Positions 38,024 through 46,806 of a stretch of DNA of 64,000 nt are shown piece after piece; the first letter of the stretch is position 1, and each line of letters starts with the position of its first letter. Location of the stretch: contig MFGJ01000007.1 in NCBI GenBank assembly GCA_001778235.1, positions 264,331 through 328,330 of the forward strand, written 5' to 3'. Made by a program: the position numbers and the translations under genes. The DNA comes from Candidatus Falkowbacteria bacterium RIFOXYC2_FULL_36_12 (lineage in GTDB: Bacteria > Patescibacteriota > Patescibacteriia > UBA11705). Under the pieces are notes generated by a model. That model was not told where the DNA came from. It saw nothing but the letters and a program-made list of their open reading frames with translations, and made no database searches.

Positions 38024-39217
38024 ATGCTATTTTGGGGTATTGTAGGAACACTTCTATGCCTGGCAATCTTAATAACATATTTTTCTTCAGTCAGAGTAGA
38101 GAAACCAAATATTTCCTTGGTAATGCACCTAGGAAAATTGAGTAGAATCATGCGTGAAGGCTGGAACTTTTATATTCCATATATTCAAAGACTAATCAAT
38201 GAAAGCACAGAAATTCACACCTTGGAAAACATTACCCAGGAATTACAGACGAAAAAAGATATCAAAGTTGTTCCTCTGTATAGCTTGGTCTGGCAAATTG
38301 AATTGTTGCCTGAAACAGAAATTTATGAAGTTAAAATTAAAAAGCGTAATGGCAGATATGTTACCAAATCTCTCACAGGTAAAGAGATGAATCTGCGAAG
38401 AATGAATAAATTCCTGGAAACTGTAAAAATCAATCCAGATGGCACAATTGATTATTCAAAAATTGACCAAGAGGCTACTGAAATCTCCTTGTCTTTGTTT
38501 GGCCAAGTACTTAGATCTTTTGAATGGTCTGTAATCAGAGAATATAAGGAAATGATTACCCGACTGTTTATCGCACAGGTACTGAAGCTAATGAATGAAG
38601 AAAACAATGCTGATGAACTGGTCAATGGCGATGAAAAAAGATTGGCTGAATTACTAAAAATCGCTCTAATGCCAAGACTTTCACTGGCGGAAAAACAAGT
38701 GTTGATCACCCTAGAAAACGATCAATCAAAATCAGTGTCAGATGTTATTGTTTATTTGGATCAGATTTATGAACAAAGAGTCCCGACTGAAGAACGATCA
38801 ATGGAAATTGAGATTTTCCGAAAGATTAAAATCACTGCCAGTATGCTTGAAGCCAATACTTCTCTAACTGAAATCGCTGGTGTACGAGTAGTCAGAATTA
38901 ACATGAGAGACCTTGATCCAGCCAAAGAAGTACTTGATCAGATTAATGCTACGGTTGTGGCTGAAGAAGCGGTCAAGGCGGCTGAACAAGAAGGTAAAGC
39001 ACTTGCAAAAAGAGCAGCTGGTCAAGCAAATGCGACACGAATCATTGCTGCGGCCGAAGCTGAAGCGATTGAAGTTCGTGGACGGGCGGCGGCTGCGGCC
39101 AGAGCGGCTGATCTTGAAGCACTAACAAATGCTGGTGTATCGCCTACTGGTAAAACAATTGTTCAAGCTGCGGCTGAATTTGCGAAAGCACTTGCAAACA
39201 AAGGTAATAAAGGCTGA
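38024..39217 (+). CDS. SPFH/band 7 domain protein with a large insertion
   Basis: N-terminal TM, VMHLGKLSRIMREGWNFYIP, GVRVVRINMRDLDP, Ala/Glu-rich coiled tail. Confidence 0.78.
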   Translation: MLFWGIVGTLLCLAILITYFSSVRVEKPNISLVMHLGKLSRIMREGWNFYIPYIQRLINESTEIHTLENITQELQTKKDIKVVPLYSLVWQIELLPETEIYEVKIKKRNGRYVTKSLTGKEMNLRRMNKFLETVKINPDGTIDYSKIDQEATEISLSLFGQVLRSFEWSVIREYKEMITRLFIAQVLKLMNEENNADELVNGDEKRLAELLKIALMPRLSLAEKQVLITLENDQSKSVSDVIVYLDQIYEQRVPTEERSMEIEIFRKIKITASMLEANTSLTEIAGVRVVRINMRDLDPAKEVLDQINATVVAEEAVKAAEQEGKALAKRAAGQANATRIIAAAEAEAIEVRGRAAAAARAADLEALTNAGVSPTGKTIVQAAAEFAKALANKGNKG

Positions 39218-39222
39218 AAACA

Positions 39223-39873
39223 ATGAAACCAAACGGACTGATTGGCTTGGTATTAATCCTTCTTGGAGTTTTCATGGGAATGATTATTCTAGGAACGGTG
39301 GAAGATGATACGACAAAATATATTAGTGCAAGTGTTGTCTTTGTCTTTTTTACAATTATTGGGATTAATCTGATTAACAATCGCACAACAGCTACAACTA
39401 CAACGACTACGACGCCTGCGACTACGACTCAAACTCCAAAAGATGTTGTGTCTCAAGTTGTTGGTATGATTATTTTATTGGCACTCCTTGTGGCCACCCT
39501 ATTTGCCTTCAAGGATATTATCGGTTGTATGAGAGATAAAGTAATCCCGGCAACTCAAGAATTTAATAGTTCTCCCTATCCCAACACATTTAGTAAAACG
39601 ATTTGGTATGGGCAAATCCCTGCATATGGTAAAATTGTCAACATAAAATCAAACATTGTTGCCTCCCAAACTGACCCATTTAAATTCTCTGTCACCCAAA
39701 TGGATCAAGCTATTTATGCTAGAATGGAAAAAACTGATGGGACTTTCTCTGACTGGATACCGATCAAGAAAAACAATGCAATTTATAAGATTTTCCAAAG
39801 TGGAACTCTGCAAGCAAAACTACCTGATTGTGCAAGCGCACCAATGAAAACCAGATTTTTAATCATTTATTAA
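39223..39873 (+). CDS. Hypothetical membrane protein (3 TM, Thr-rich linker)
   Basis: ORF directly after the SPFH gene; hydrophobic helices. Confidence 0.65.
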   Translation: MKPNGLIGLVLILLGVFMGMIILGTVEDDTTKYISASVVFVFFTIIGINLINNRTTATTTTTTTPATTTQTPKDVVSQVVGMIILLALLVATLFAFKDIIGCMRDKVIPATQEFNSSPYPNTFSKTIWYGQIPAYGKIVNIKSNIVASQTDPFKFSVTQMDQAIYARMEKTDGTFSDWIPIKKNNAIYKIFQSGTLQAKLPDCASAPMKTRFLIIY

Positions 39874-39928
39874 CAAAAAAACCGAAGGTCTCATCCATCG
39901 GTTATTTTTTTTGAAAAATTTTATAGAA

Positions 39929-40579
39929 TTATTCTGCTGGTGCGTATTCAACTTCAATATTGGCATTGTCTGCCTGCTCGGCATCCCTGGCAGCCTCTGT
40001 CTCCGTACGAGGAGGTTGCTGGTTGTCATAAAAATTGAAGCTATTAAAAGCAATTCTGGCATTATCCAAATCATCAATAAGGTGAATTTCAACAATCCTA
40101 TCCCATAATTCAAAAATTACAAGGTCAACAGCTTTACCACTATACAAAGTATCAACATTCTTATATCTTCTGCCCTTGAAGTCTTTGACAATAATTTCTT
40201 CTGAATCAAATTTACTCAATTGCAAGTCCTGCAATTCATTTTCAATATATTCATCTACGGTGTAGTCAGTATTCCAATTGACAAAACCCTTTATAACCAT
40301 ATTACCAATATATGAATCAGACAATTCCTTGGATTTGGTATAAAAAACAATATAGTCTGATCCTTCAGTTCCTATCGGGAAAGTCCAATTTTGCGGAAGA
40401 CGAAATTCATAACGAAATTGGGGATTTGTGTGAACAACCCAGCCATTGACTGCGGTAGAAACATCAGATTGATCCATTATAATTTCGGTATAAGCCTGTT
40501 TCTTGCATCCAGCAAGAGAAAAAATTAAGACTACTGTGACAAGACTGATTAAAACTTTTTTCATAACTTGATAATTCAA
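39929..40579 (-). CDS. Putative lipoprotein, PsbP-like
   Basis: Lipobox LAGC; W..HTN..FRYEFRLP..W; start may be MKKVL at 40564. Confidence 0.65.
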   Translation of the reverse strand: MNYQVMKKVLISLVTVVLIFSLAGCKKQAYTEIIMDQSDVSTAVNGWVVHTNPQFRYEFRLPQNWTFPIGTEGSDYIVFYTKSKELSDSYIGNMVIKGFVNWNTDYTVDEYIENELQDLQLSKFDSEEIIVKDFKGRRYKNVDTLYSGKAVDLVIFELWDRIVEIHLIDDLDNARIAFNSFNFYDNQQPPRTETEAARDAEQADNANIEVEYAPAE

Positions 40580-40640
40580 TACAGATTAATGATTGTATAG
40601 TTATAGTGACAAACAAGAAATCTGTATTAGATTAGAATTT

Positions 40641-41516
40641 TTACTTAATTATCCTCCTGATAATATCATTATATTCCTCCTCTGAATAAAAATTTATAAT
40701 AATTTGACCTTTGCCAGCTTTTTTTCTAACATCGACTCGAGTGGATAAAGCTTCTCGGAGTTGCTCCTTGATTGATTCGGTTTCAGGGTCAAATGAACGC
40801 CTGTGACCGGTCTTATTGCGGAGTTGTCTACTCTGCTTTTCAGCATCTCGAACCGTGAAATTGTAATTTGAAATCTGCTCTAAAAATCGAAGCTGTTCTT
40901 CTTCGGAATCAAAACCTGCAATCACTCTAGCATGGCCTTCGGTAATTTTCTTGTCAATCAAAGCCTTCTGGACCGCTTCTGGCAGAGATAAAACCCTAAC
41001 CATATTGGCGATAGTTGATCTTGACTTGCCTACTTTATCAGCCACATCTTCTTGTGTCAAATTAAATTCATTTATCAATTTTTCATAAGCCAGAGCTTCT
41101 TCAATTGGATTCAAGTTGGACCGTTGGATATTTTCAATCAAGGCTAATTCTAATTTTTCTAATTCATCAGCCTCACGGACTATACAGGGGACGGTTTTTA
41201 ATTCAAGAATCTTGGCTGAACGCAACCGCCTTTCACCAGCAATCAGCTCAAACTGGTTGTCTTTTTTTGTAACAACCAAGGGCTGAATAATACCATATCG
41301 TTTGATAGAATTTATTAATTCTTCTAATTGTTCATGGTCAAAAGTTTGACGAGGTTGCATTGGGTTTAAATCAATTTGCCCAACAGGAATATTTAAAATT
41401 CTGTCAGAGTCCTCGACTAAGAATTCTTTGTGCTCATGTGAGACAGCTTCTTCGGCAACTTTTCGATTTGGGATAAGAGATCCTAAACCTCGACCTAAAC
41501 CACTCATTTTTGACAT
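40641..41516 (-). CDS. parB: Chromosome partitioning protein ParB
   Basis: GLGRGLGSLI, NPMQPR, IAGERRLR, ENIQR, HTH. Confidence 0.96.
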   Translation of the reverse strand: MSKMSGLGRGLGSLIPNRKVAEEAVSHEHKEFLVEDSDRILNIPVGQIDLNPMQPRQTFDHEQLEELINSIKRYGIIQPLVVTKKDNQFELIAGERRLRSAKILELKTVPCIVREADELEKLELALIENIQRSNLNPIEEALAYEKLINEFNLTQEDVADKVGKSRSTIANMVRVLSLPEAVQKALIDKKITEGHARVIAGFDSEEEQLRFLEQISNYNFTVRDAEKQSRQLRNKTGHRRSFDPETESIKEQLREALSTRVDVRKKAGKGQIIINFYSEEEYNDIIRRIIK

Positions 41517-41534
41517 AACTATTTTTTTAATATT

Positions 41535-42311
41535 TTATATTTCTTTTTGTAAAAAAATTTCAATTACTTCACGGGCTAGCTTGCTATAAGCTTTGGCGCC
41601 TTTTGAACTAGGATCGTACTTGGAAATCGGCATTCCATGACTAGGAGCTTCAGATAACCTGACATTACGAGGAACAATGGAACGAAAAATTTTATCTGGG
41701 AAATATTTGTATAATTCCTCCATTACTTGACCAGAAAGTTTTGTACGCTTATCAAACATAGTAATAATTGCGCCCAATATATTTAATTCTGGTTTGATAT
41801 TATCTCTTACCAACCCAATAGTATTAATTAACTGACTCAAACCTTCAAGCGCATAGTATTCGGCTTGAACAGGAATTAAAATATGATCAGCTGCGACTAA
41901 CCCATTGATAGTCAAAATGCCAAGAGATGGCGGACAATCAATTAAAATGATATCATAATCAGCTTTTACCTCAAGTAAAGCATCACTTAGCCTAAATTCC
42001 CGTCTAGCAATGTCAACTAGTTCAATATTGGCACCAGCCAAAGATGGTGTGGCAGGTGCAACTCGATAACCATGAATTCCTGTTGGCATAACAATTTCCC
42101 GAACCAAGTGAGTACCGATCAATGCTTGATAAATACCCTTATCTAAATCAGTATAATTTACGCCAAGACCAGAAGAAGCATTCGCCTGTGGATCAAGGTC
42201 AACCAAAAGTACAAATTTACCATGTTCAGCCAAATATGCCCCCAAATTTACAGCTGTGGTGGTTTTACCAACTCCGCCTTTTTGATTAACAATACTAATA
42301 ATTTCAGCCAT
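41535..42311 (-). CDS. parA: Chromosome partitioning ATPase ParA/Soj
   Basis: NQKGGVGKTT, DLDPQANA, IDCPPSLG, EYYALEG, LSEAPSHG. Confidence 0.96.
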   Translation of the reverse strand: MAEIISIVNQKGGVGKTTTAVNLGAYLAEHGKFVLLVDLDPQANASSGLGVNYTDLDKGIYQALIGTHLVREIVMPTGIHGYRVAPATPSLAGANIELVDIARREFRLSDALLEVKADYDIILIDCPPSLGILTINGLVAADHILIPVQAEYYALEGLSQLINTIGLVRDNIKPELNILGAIITMFDKRTKLSGQVMEELYKYFPDKIFRSIVPRNVRLSEAPSHGMPISKYDPSSKGAKAYSKLAREVIEIFLQKEI

Positions 42312-42370
42312 AAATTTGAATGACTTGTTTATAATTTATTCTGTTATAATTATACATAAAGATGCAACTT

Positions 42371-42399
42371 TTGACAATATTGATTTTTTGTATTATAAT
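42371..42399 (+). promoter_or_regulatory. Consensus sigma70 promoter for the tRNA cluster
   Basis: TTGACA-17bp-TATAAT. Confidence 0.7.
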
Positions 42400-42530
42400 C
42401 CAATTGTTTTTAGCGTAATTTAGAGAATTGTCGATGATGCCGAGGTGACTGATTACTCTTCATCAAAACAAGCGGAGGTTTGGCTGTAGATTGAATTACT
42501 ATTGCTATACCTTATTTACAATTGATTTAA

Positions 42531-42722
42531 GCCGAAGTGCCCGCCTACGCAGGTGGCTACGGCGGACAGGGCGGTAATTAGTAGAGAGATTTAACTTTCT
42601 ACCAGTTCCGCCACATTTACAATCATGCCGAAGTGCCCGCCTACGCAGGTGGCTACGGCGGACAGGGCGGTAATTAGTAGGGAGATTTAACTTTCTACCA
42701 GTTCCGCCACATTTACAATCAT
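42531..42722 (+). repeat. Two 96-bp tandem units upstream of tRNA-Leu (tRNA 5'-end mimic + 31-bp insertion element + anti-tRNA sequence)
   Basis: Units at 42531 and 42627 differ at one base; each begins gccgaagtg like the tRNA at 42723. Confidence 0.9.
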
Positions 42723-42809
42723 GCCGAAGTGGCGGAACTGGTAGACGCGCTGGACTCAAAATCCAGTGGTGGCAACATCGTGAGAGTTCGAGTCTCTCCT
42801 TCGGCACCA
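42723..42809 (+). tRNA. tRNA-Leu(CAA)
   Basis: Cloverleaf with CTGGA-CTCAAAA-TCCAG anticodon arm, long variable arm, GTTCGAG, encoded CCA. Confidence 0.95.
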
Positions 42810-42895
42810 TACAAAATTAAAAGATTATAATAAACTATAGACTTAGCTTGATGTTTTTCTAAATTTAAGCTATAATATACAACAATACTAATTAG

Positions 42896-42970
42896 CGCGG
42901 GGTAGAGCAGTGGCAGCTCGCTAGGCCCATAACCTAGAGGTCGGGGGTTCGAATCCCCCCCCCGCAACCA
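42896..42970 (+). tRNA. tRNA-Met(CAT), initiator-type
   Basis: CGCGGGG...CCCCGCA-A-CCA with C1:A72 mismatch; anticodon CAT. Confidence 0.9.
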
Positions 42971-43107
42971 AGGTGTATTCATTACAGTGTTGGTAGAAAT
43001 TCTTGGCAAGTCAAGTTAAACCGTGGATTGTCAAGAAATTTTACGAACAAACATTGCTTCACTTGTAATTGGGCTTGTTCCGAAGTGAACCATAGCCACT
43101 ACTTCGG

Positions 43108-43184
43108 GGCAGGGTAGCTCAGCTGGTTAGAGCGAGGGAATCATAACCCCTAGGTCGGCGGTTCAATTCCGCCCCCTGTCACCA
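43108..43184 (+). tRNA. tRNA(CAT), probably elongator Met
   Basis: GGCAGGG...CCCTGTC-A-CCA; TAGCTCAGCTGGTTAGAGC D arm; anticodon CAT; Ile2 not excluded. Confidence 0.88.
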
Positions 43185-43232
43185 TTATTTTTGACAAAAA
43201 TAAAAGAACCTTTCTGGTTCAAAACAAAAAAA

Positions 43233-44213
43233 ATGCTACAATTCATCTGGGATTATCAAATTTTTTCATATATTTTATTTTGTTCAATCTTTGCATATTT
43301 AGTTTTTAAAAATTACAAGAGAACAAAGATCTTGGATTCAAAAAAGAAAAGAATTTCCAAACTGACGGTCGGATCTTTTTTTATTTTAGGTGTATTAATA
43401 TTAATTTATGGTAGCATTATTGAACCTAGATTAATGAAAATTACTAATATTGATATAAACCTACGGCAAACTCAAAAACACGAACAACTTAAAATCGTCC
43501 ACATTTCTGATATTCATGTTGGGACTTATAAAAAAGAACAGTATATTAGGCGTTTGGCTGATGAAATTAACAAAATAAGACCTGACCTTGTTGTAATGAC
43601 AGGTGATTTTATTTTGAATAATCAAGAAGATGCAGAATATCTACGACCGCTTGAAAAAATAAGTCGAATTTATCCAACATATGCTGTTACAGGGAATCAT
43701 GAATACAATCTTGGCGACTGGAATAACTCCAGCTTCAGCAGTCTGAATGATAAAACGACGACTCTAAGAAAAGTTTTCGATGAAATCGGAGTTACACTGC
43801 TAGAAAATCAAACAAAATTAATTGCTGACAACCAAGGACCATTTTATTTGATTGGGATTGAAGATATTTGGAAACAAAACGAAGAATTGAAAAATAATTT
43901 AGAGAAAATAACAGCCAATCTCAACCGTGAATATCCAACAATACTTTTATCTCATAATCCTGATATTATAATACAAGATACTTCTGCTTTTGATCTAATC
44001 TTGTCCGGACATACTCATGGCGGTCAAATTCGTTTGCCTTTTATCGGTTCAGTGATGAAATTACCAACAGAAATAAGCGACTCATATGACAAAGGATTAT
44101 TCTCACTTGAAAACGGTAACCAATTATTTATAACTAGTGGTGTTGGAGAATCAAGTCCAAGATCCCGTTTGTTTTGCCTGCCAGAAATAGTAGTCATTAA
44201 CTTGGACTTATAA
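43233..44213 (+). CDS. Membrane-anchored metallophosphoesterase (YkuE/YaeI-like)
   Basis: SDIH, TGDF, GNHE, SHNPD, SGHTHGGQ. Confidence 0.92.
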   Translation: MLQFIWDYQIFSYILFCSIFAYLVFKNYKRTKILDSKKKRISKLTVGSFFILGVLILIYGSIIEPRLMKITNIDINLRQTQKHEQLKIVHISDIHVGTYKKEQYIRRLADEINKIRPDLVVMTGDFILNNQEDAEYLRPLEKISRIYPTYAVTGNHEYNLGDWNNSSFSSLNDKTTTLRKVFDEIGVTLLENQTKLIADNQGPFYLIGIEDIWKQNEELKNNLEKITANLNREYPTILLSHNPDIIIQDTSAFDLILSGHTHGGQIRLPFIGSVMKLPTEISDSYDKGLFSLENGNQLFITSGVGESSPRSRLFCLPEIVVINLDL

Positions 44214-44243
44214 AAAACACTATAAATATAAACTATTTTATAT

Positions 44244-44705
44244 ATGATGATGGTGACACATGGAGCAATAGGAGCACTAATTGGGGAACAAACTGCAAGT
44301 GCTGGTCTGGCATTTATTTTGGGGCTAGTCTCTCATTATTTTTTGGATATAATCCCACATGGAGATGATGATAGCGTAGAAACATTCAAGACTGAAAGCA
44401 ATTTTCGGAAAGTCCTAGGTGCAATTATGATGGATTCTGTACTTGGGATAATTTTTCTACTGCTTTATTTCACGAACACAACAAAATCAGGCGTTGAACT
44501 ATGGCCGGTGGTGGCTGGGATCGCTGGTGCAGTTATACCAGACTTACTTGTTGGTTTTTATTATGTTAACAAAAAATATTTTTTTAGACATAATTTTTTT
44601 CATTTAAAAATACATGACTTGATAAAGGTTCATGTACCATTTAGGGTTGCTTTTGCGGTTCAAATTGTTGTTATAATATTATTATGGAATTTTTATAAAT
44701 TCTAA
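44244..44705 (+). CDS. Membrane protein, possible metal-binding hydrolase
   Basis: TH..IG...SHYFLDIIPHGD and PD motifs in TM helices. Confidence 0.65.
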   Translation: MMMVTHGAIGALIGEQTASAGLAFILGLVSHYFLDIIPHGDDDSVETFKTESNFRKVLGAIMMDSVLGIIFLLLYFTNTTKSGVELWPVVAGIAGAVIPDLLVGFYYVNKKYFFRHNFFHLKIHDLIKVHVPFRVAFAVQIVVIILLWNFYKF

Positions 44706-45815
44706 AATTTGGTCGGCGGTTTTGTCCCAAGTAAATGTTTTGGCATATTGACTTCCCTTCTCAATCAAATCTTCTCGTAGCTTTTTGTCTTGGAGGATTT
44801 TTTTTATGGCTAAATATAATTCAATACTGTCTTTGGGATCAATTTTTATTGCCTGATCAGTAATAATTTCTCCGGTTGCACCGGTATTTGAAGTAATCAC
44901 TGGACAACTATTTATCATGGCTTCAAGCACTGGCAAACCAAAACCTTCAAAATATGATGGAAAAACAAAACATTCAGCTTTCTGCATCAAAATATTGCGT
45001 TCTTTGTCTGAAACCTTTCCTATGTACCTGATAGCTTCTGTTCCTAACAGCTGATTTTTTTCATTCAAGCGATTAAAAAAATTTTTATATTTCCAGCCTT
45101 TGGCTCCAGCGATAATCAGTTCAATCTCTGTCTTTGTTTCTTTTTTGTACTGATAAAAAGCGTTTATCAAGCAATTCAAATTTTTTCTTGGTTCAATTGT
45201 CCCGACAAACAATAAAAAAGGCTTGGTGATTCTATGCTCTTTCATTACTTCTTCAACGGCTAATTGACCATAATCTCGAGTGGGGGTAATTCCAGAATAA
45301 ATAACTCTAATATCCTTGTCTTGCCGAAATTTAAATAAATATAAAAGTGTTTTCTTGGTGGCTTCGGAAATTGTAACTATTTTTGAAGCTTTGGTCACAC
45401 TGGCGGGGACAACTAAAAGCTTGGAAAACCATTGCTTGTTCGGAAACCAATGAGGTTGGGTATAAATAATCAGATCGTGGATAATCAGCAAACTTTTTCC
45501 TAAATAAAAAAATGGCATGCTTCCACTCGGGAAAATCGTCCAATCAAGAAATTCACGCCAAACCTGTAGTGTAAAGAAAAAATGGGCGCTGAAAAAAGGA
45601 ACTTGGTTTTTTACTTTGATAATTTTAAAATTTCTTTCCACTTTCAATGAATCAATAGTCTGCTGACTGATTTTTTCATCAAAAAATAAAACAAAATCGG
45701 ACTGTTTGTCCTGCGATAAGATATTTTTCACCAAATGAAAAATATAACGGGGAATGCCAGCGCCGATATTTTTTTCTATATCATAAATTTGTCGACAATC
45801 AATACCAATTTTCAT
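44682..45815 (-). CDS. Glycosyltransferase family 4
   Basis: IHDL, VGTIEPRKN, FPSYFEGFGLPVLEAM. Confidence 0.92.
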   Translation of the reverse strand: MKIGIDCRQIYDIEKNIGAGIPRYIFHLVKNILSQDKQSDFVLFFDEKISQQTIDSLKVERNFKIIKVKNQVPFFSAHFFFTLQVWREFLDWTIFPSGSMPFFYLGKSLLIIHDLIIYTQPHWFPNKQWFSKLLVVPASVTKASKIVTISEATKKTLLYLFKFRQDKDIRVIYSGITPTRDYGQLAVEEVMKEHRITKPFLLFVGTIEPRKNLNCLINAFYQYKKETKTEIELIIAGAKGWKYKNFFNRLNEKNQLLGTEAIRYIGKVSDKERNILMQKAECFVFPSYFEGFGLPVLEAMINSCPVITSNTGATGEIITDQAIKIDPKDSIELYLAIKKILQDKKLREDLIEKGSQYAKTFTWDKTADQILEFIKIP

Positions 45816-45818
45816 ATT

Positions 45819-46304
45819 TTATTTAAAAGCAAGAACGCCTATGTAGGTTAAGACAGAAACAATTATTCCAGCAATTAAGGTGCCCAATGAGATTAACAAA
45901 ACTGACCGCATACGATCAATGCCAAAAAGAAAGGCGGCAACTGAACCGGTCCATACGCCAGTAATGGGCAATGGAATGGCAACAAAAATAACTAAGGCAA
46001 TTTCACCATACTTCAGATACTTACCCTCAAATTTTCTGCGAGTTCGGGCAAAGAGCCAAGTGAAAAACTTTAAGCCTAATTTAAATTTCATCAGTTGTTT
46101 TGAGACAATATCGATGAGGTAAACCAAGACTAGCGTAATAAAAATACTGCCTAAAACAGACCAGAAAAACGCTTGTAAAATTGGTAAATTAAACCAACCT
46201 ACAGCAATAGGGATTGAGGCTCTAAGTTCAGTAACAGGGATTAGGGCTAAAAGAAAAGTTGCTAATTCAGCTGGTAAATTTTTTACTAATTCTAGAAAAA
46301 ACAT
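45819..46304 (-). CDS. Small multidrug export-like membrane protein (COG2426)
   Basis: PVTELRASIP, FVAIPLPITGVWTG motifs. Confidence 0.85.
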   Translation of the reverse strand: MFFLELVKNLPAELATFLLALIPVTELRASIPIAVGWFNLPILQAFFWSVLGSIFITLVLVYLIDIVSKQLMKFKLGLKFFTWLFARTRRKFEGKYLKYGEIALVIFVAIPLPITGVWTGSVAAFLFGIDRMRSVLLISLGTLIAGIIVSVLTYIGVLAFK

Positions 46305-46324
46305 AAGTTTTGATTAATTAATTC

Positions 46325-46353
46325 TTGACGAATTGTTTTTGATATGATAATAT
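46325..46353 (+). promoter_or_regulatory. sigma70-type promoter
   Basis: TTGACG-17bp-TAATAT with extended TG. Confidence 0.5.
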
Positions 46354-46359
46354 ATTTTT

Positions 46360-46460
46360 GTTGAAAGTTCAATGGTAGGTTTCCTGGTGGCTGGCGGTAT
46401 GAGGAATCCCCCCCAGGAGTGCAGTAGTCAACGATGATCTACTGCCAGCCACCTTTTTTT
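46360..46460 (+). ncRNA. Putative short structured RNA/attenuator with alternative folds
   Basis: 14-bp helix ggtggctggcggta/tactgccagccacc followed by T7; competing tcctgg/ccagga and gcagtag/ctactgc helices. Confidence 0.55.
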
Positions 46461-46490
46461 CAACAAACTAATTTATGTTATAATACTGAA

Positions 46491-46795
46491 GTTCCCAGAC
46501 GGTGGCCAACGGCCATGCTACCTGATGGGACGACTGCCCTCTAGCGTTCTGGCCAAATTGCTAAAGGGCGACCATCCCCCCATTCCCGTTGTCCTGGGTG
46601 CGCTGACTGAAGATCTTCCCCTGCTTTCAGGAAGAGGCTGAAGTAGCGTAGCCCCTTAACCTTAACCTGCCACCAGAAAGCTAGCTCTGTGTAGTGTGAG
46701 CTCCACTCCAGAGCGAATCAACCGAGCTCAAACCGCCGGATGCCTAAACGCACCTGGCTGCCCATCGCGATTCACGATCGTGATGGGCATTTTTT
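46491..46795 (+). ncRNA. Putative large structured ncRNA (~305 nt), family unassigned
   Basis: GC-rich island in an AT-rich genome; TGtTATAAT at 46476-84; multiple helices; strong terminator at 46759-46795; no credible ORF. Confidence 0.72.
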
Positions 46796-46806
46796 ATTAT
46801 AGACAA

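Noticed and set aside
40641..42530. parS site or replication origin near parAB
   Set aside because: No TGTTTCACGTGAAACA-like palindrome or DnaA-box cluster seen here
42531..42722. Prophage or integrative element attachment site at tRNA-Leu
   Set aside because: No integrase or cargo, and the duplicated part is the tRNA 5' end plus its antisense, not a flanking att pair
42505..43009. Minus-strand ORFs of 101 and 96 aa
   Set aside because: Antisense translations of tRNA genes and repeats
46380..46460. Fluoride riboswitch
   Set aside because: Only partial resemblance; the P1 and pseudoknot pairings cannot be formed and no relevant ORF follows
46491..46795. tmRNA or SRP RNA (contains CCACCA)
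   Set aside because: No T-arm GTTCRA before CCACCA, no tag reading frame, no SRP helix-8 motif
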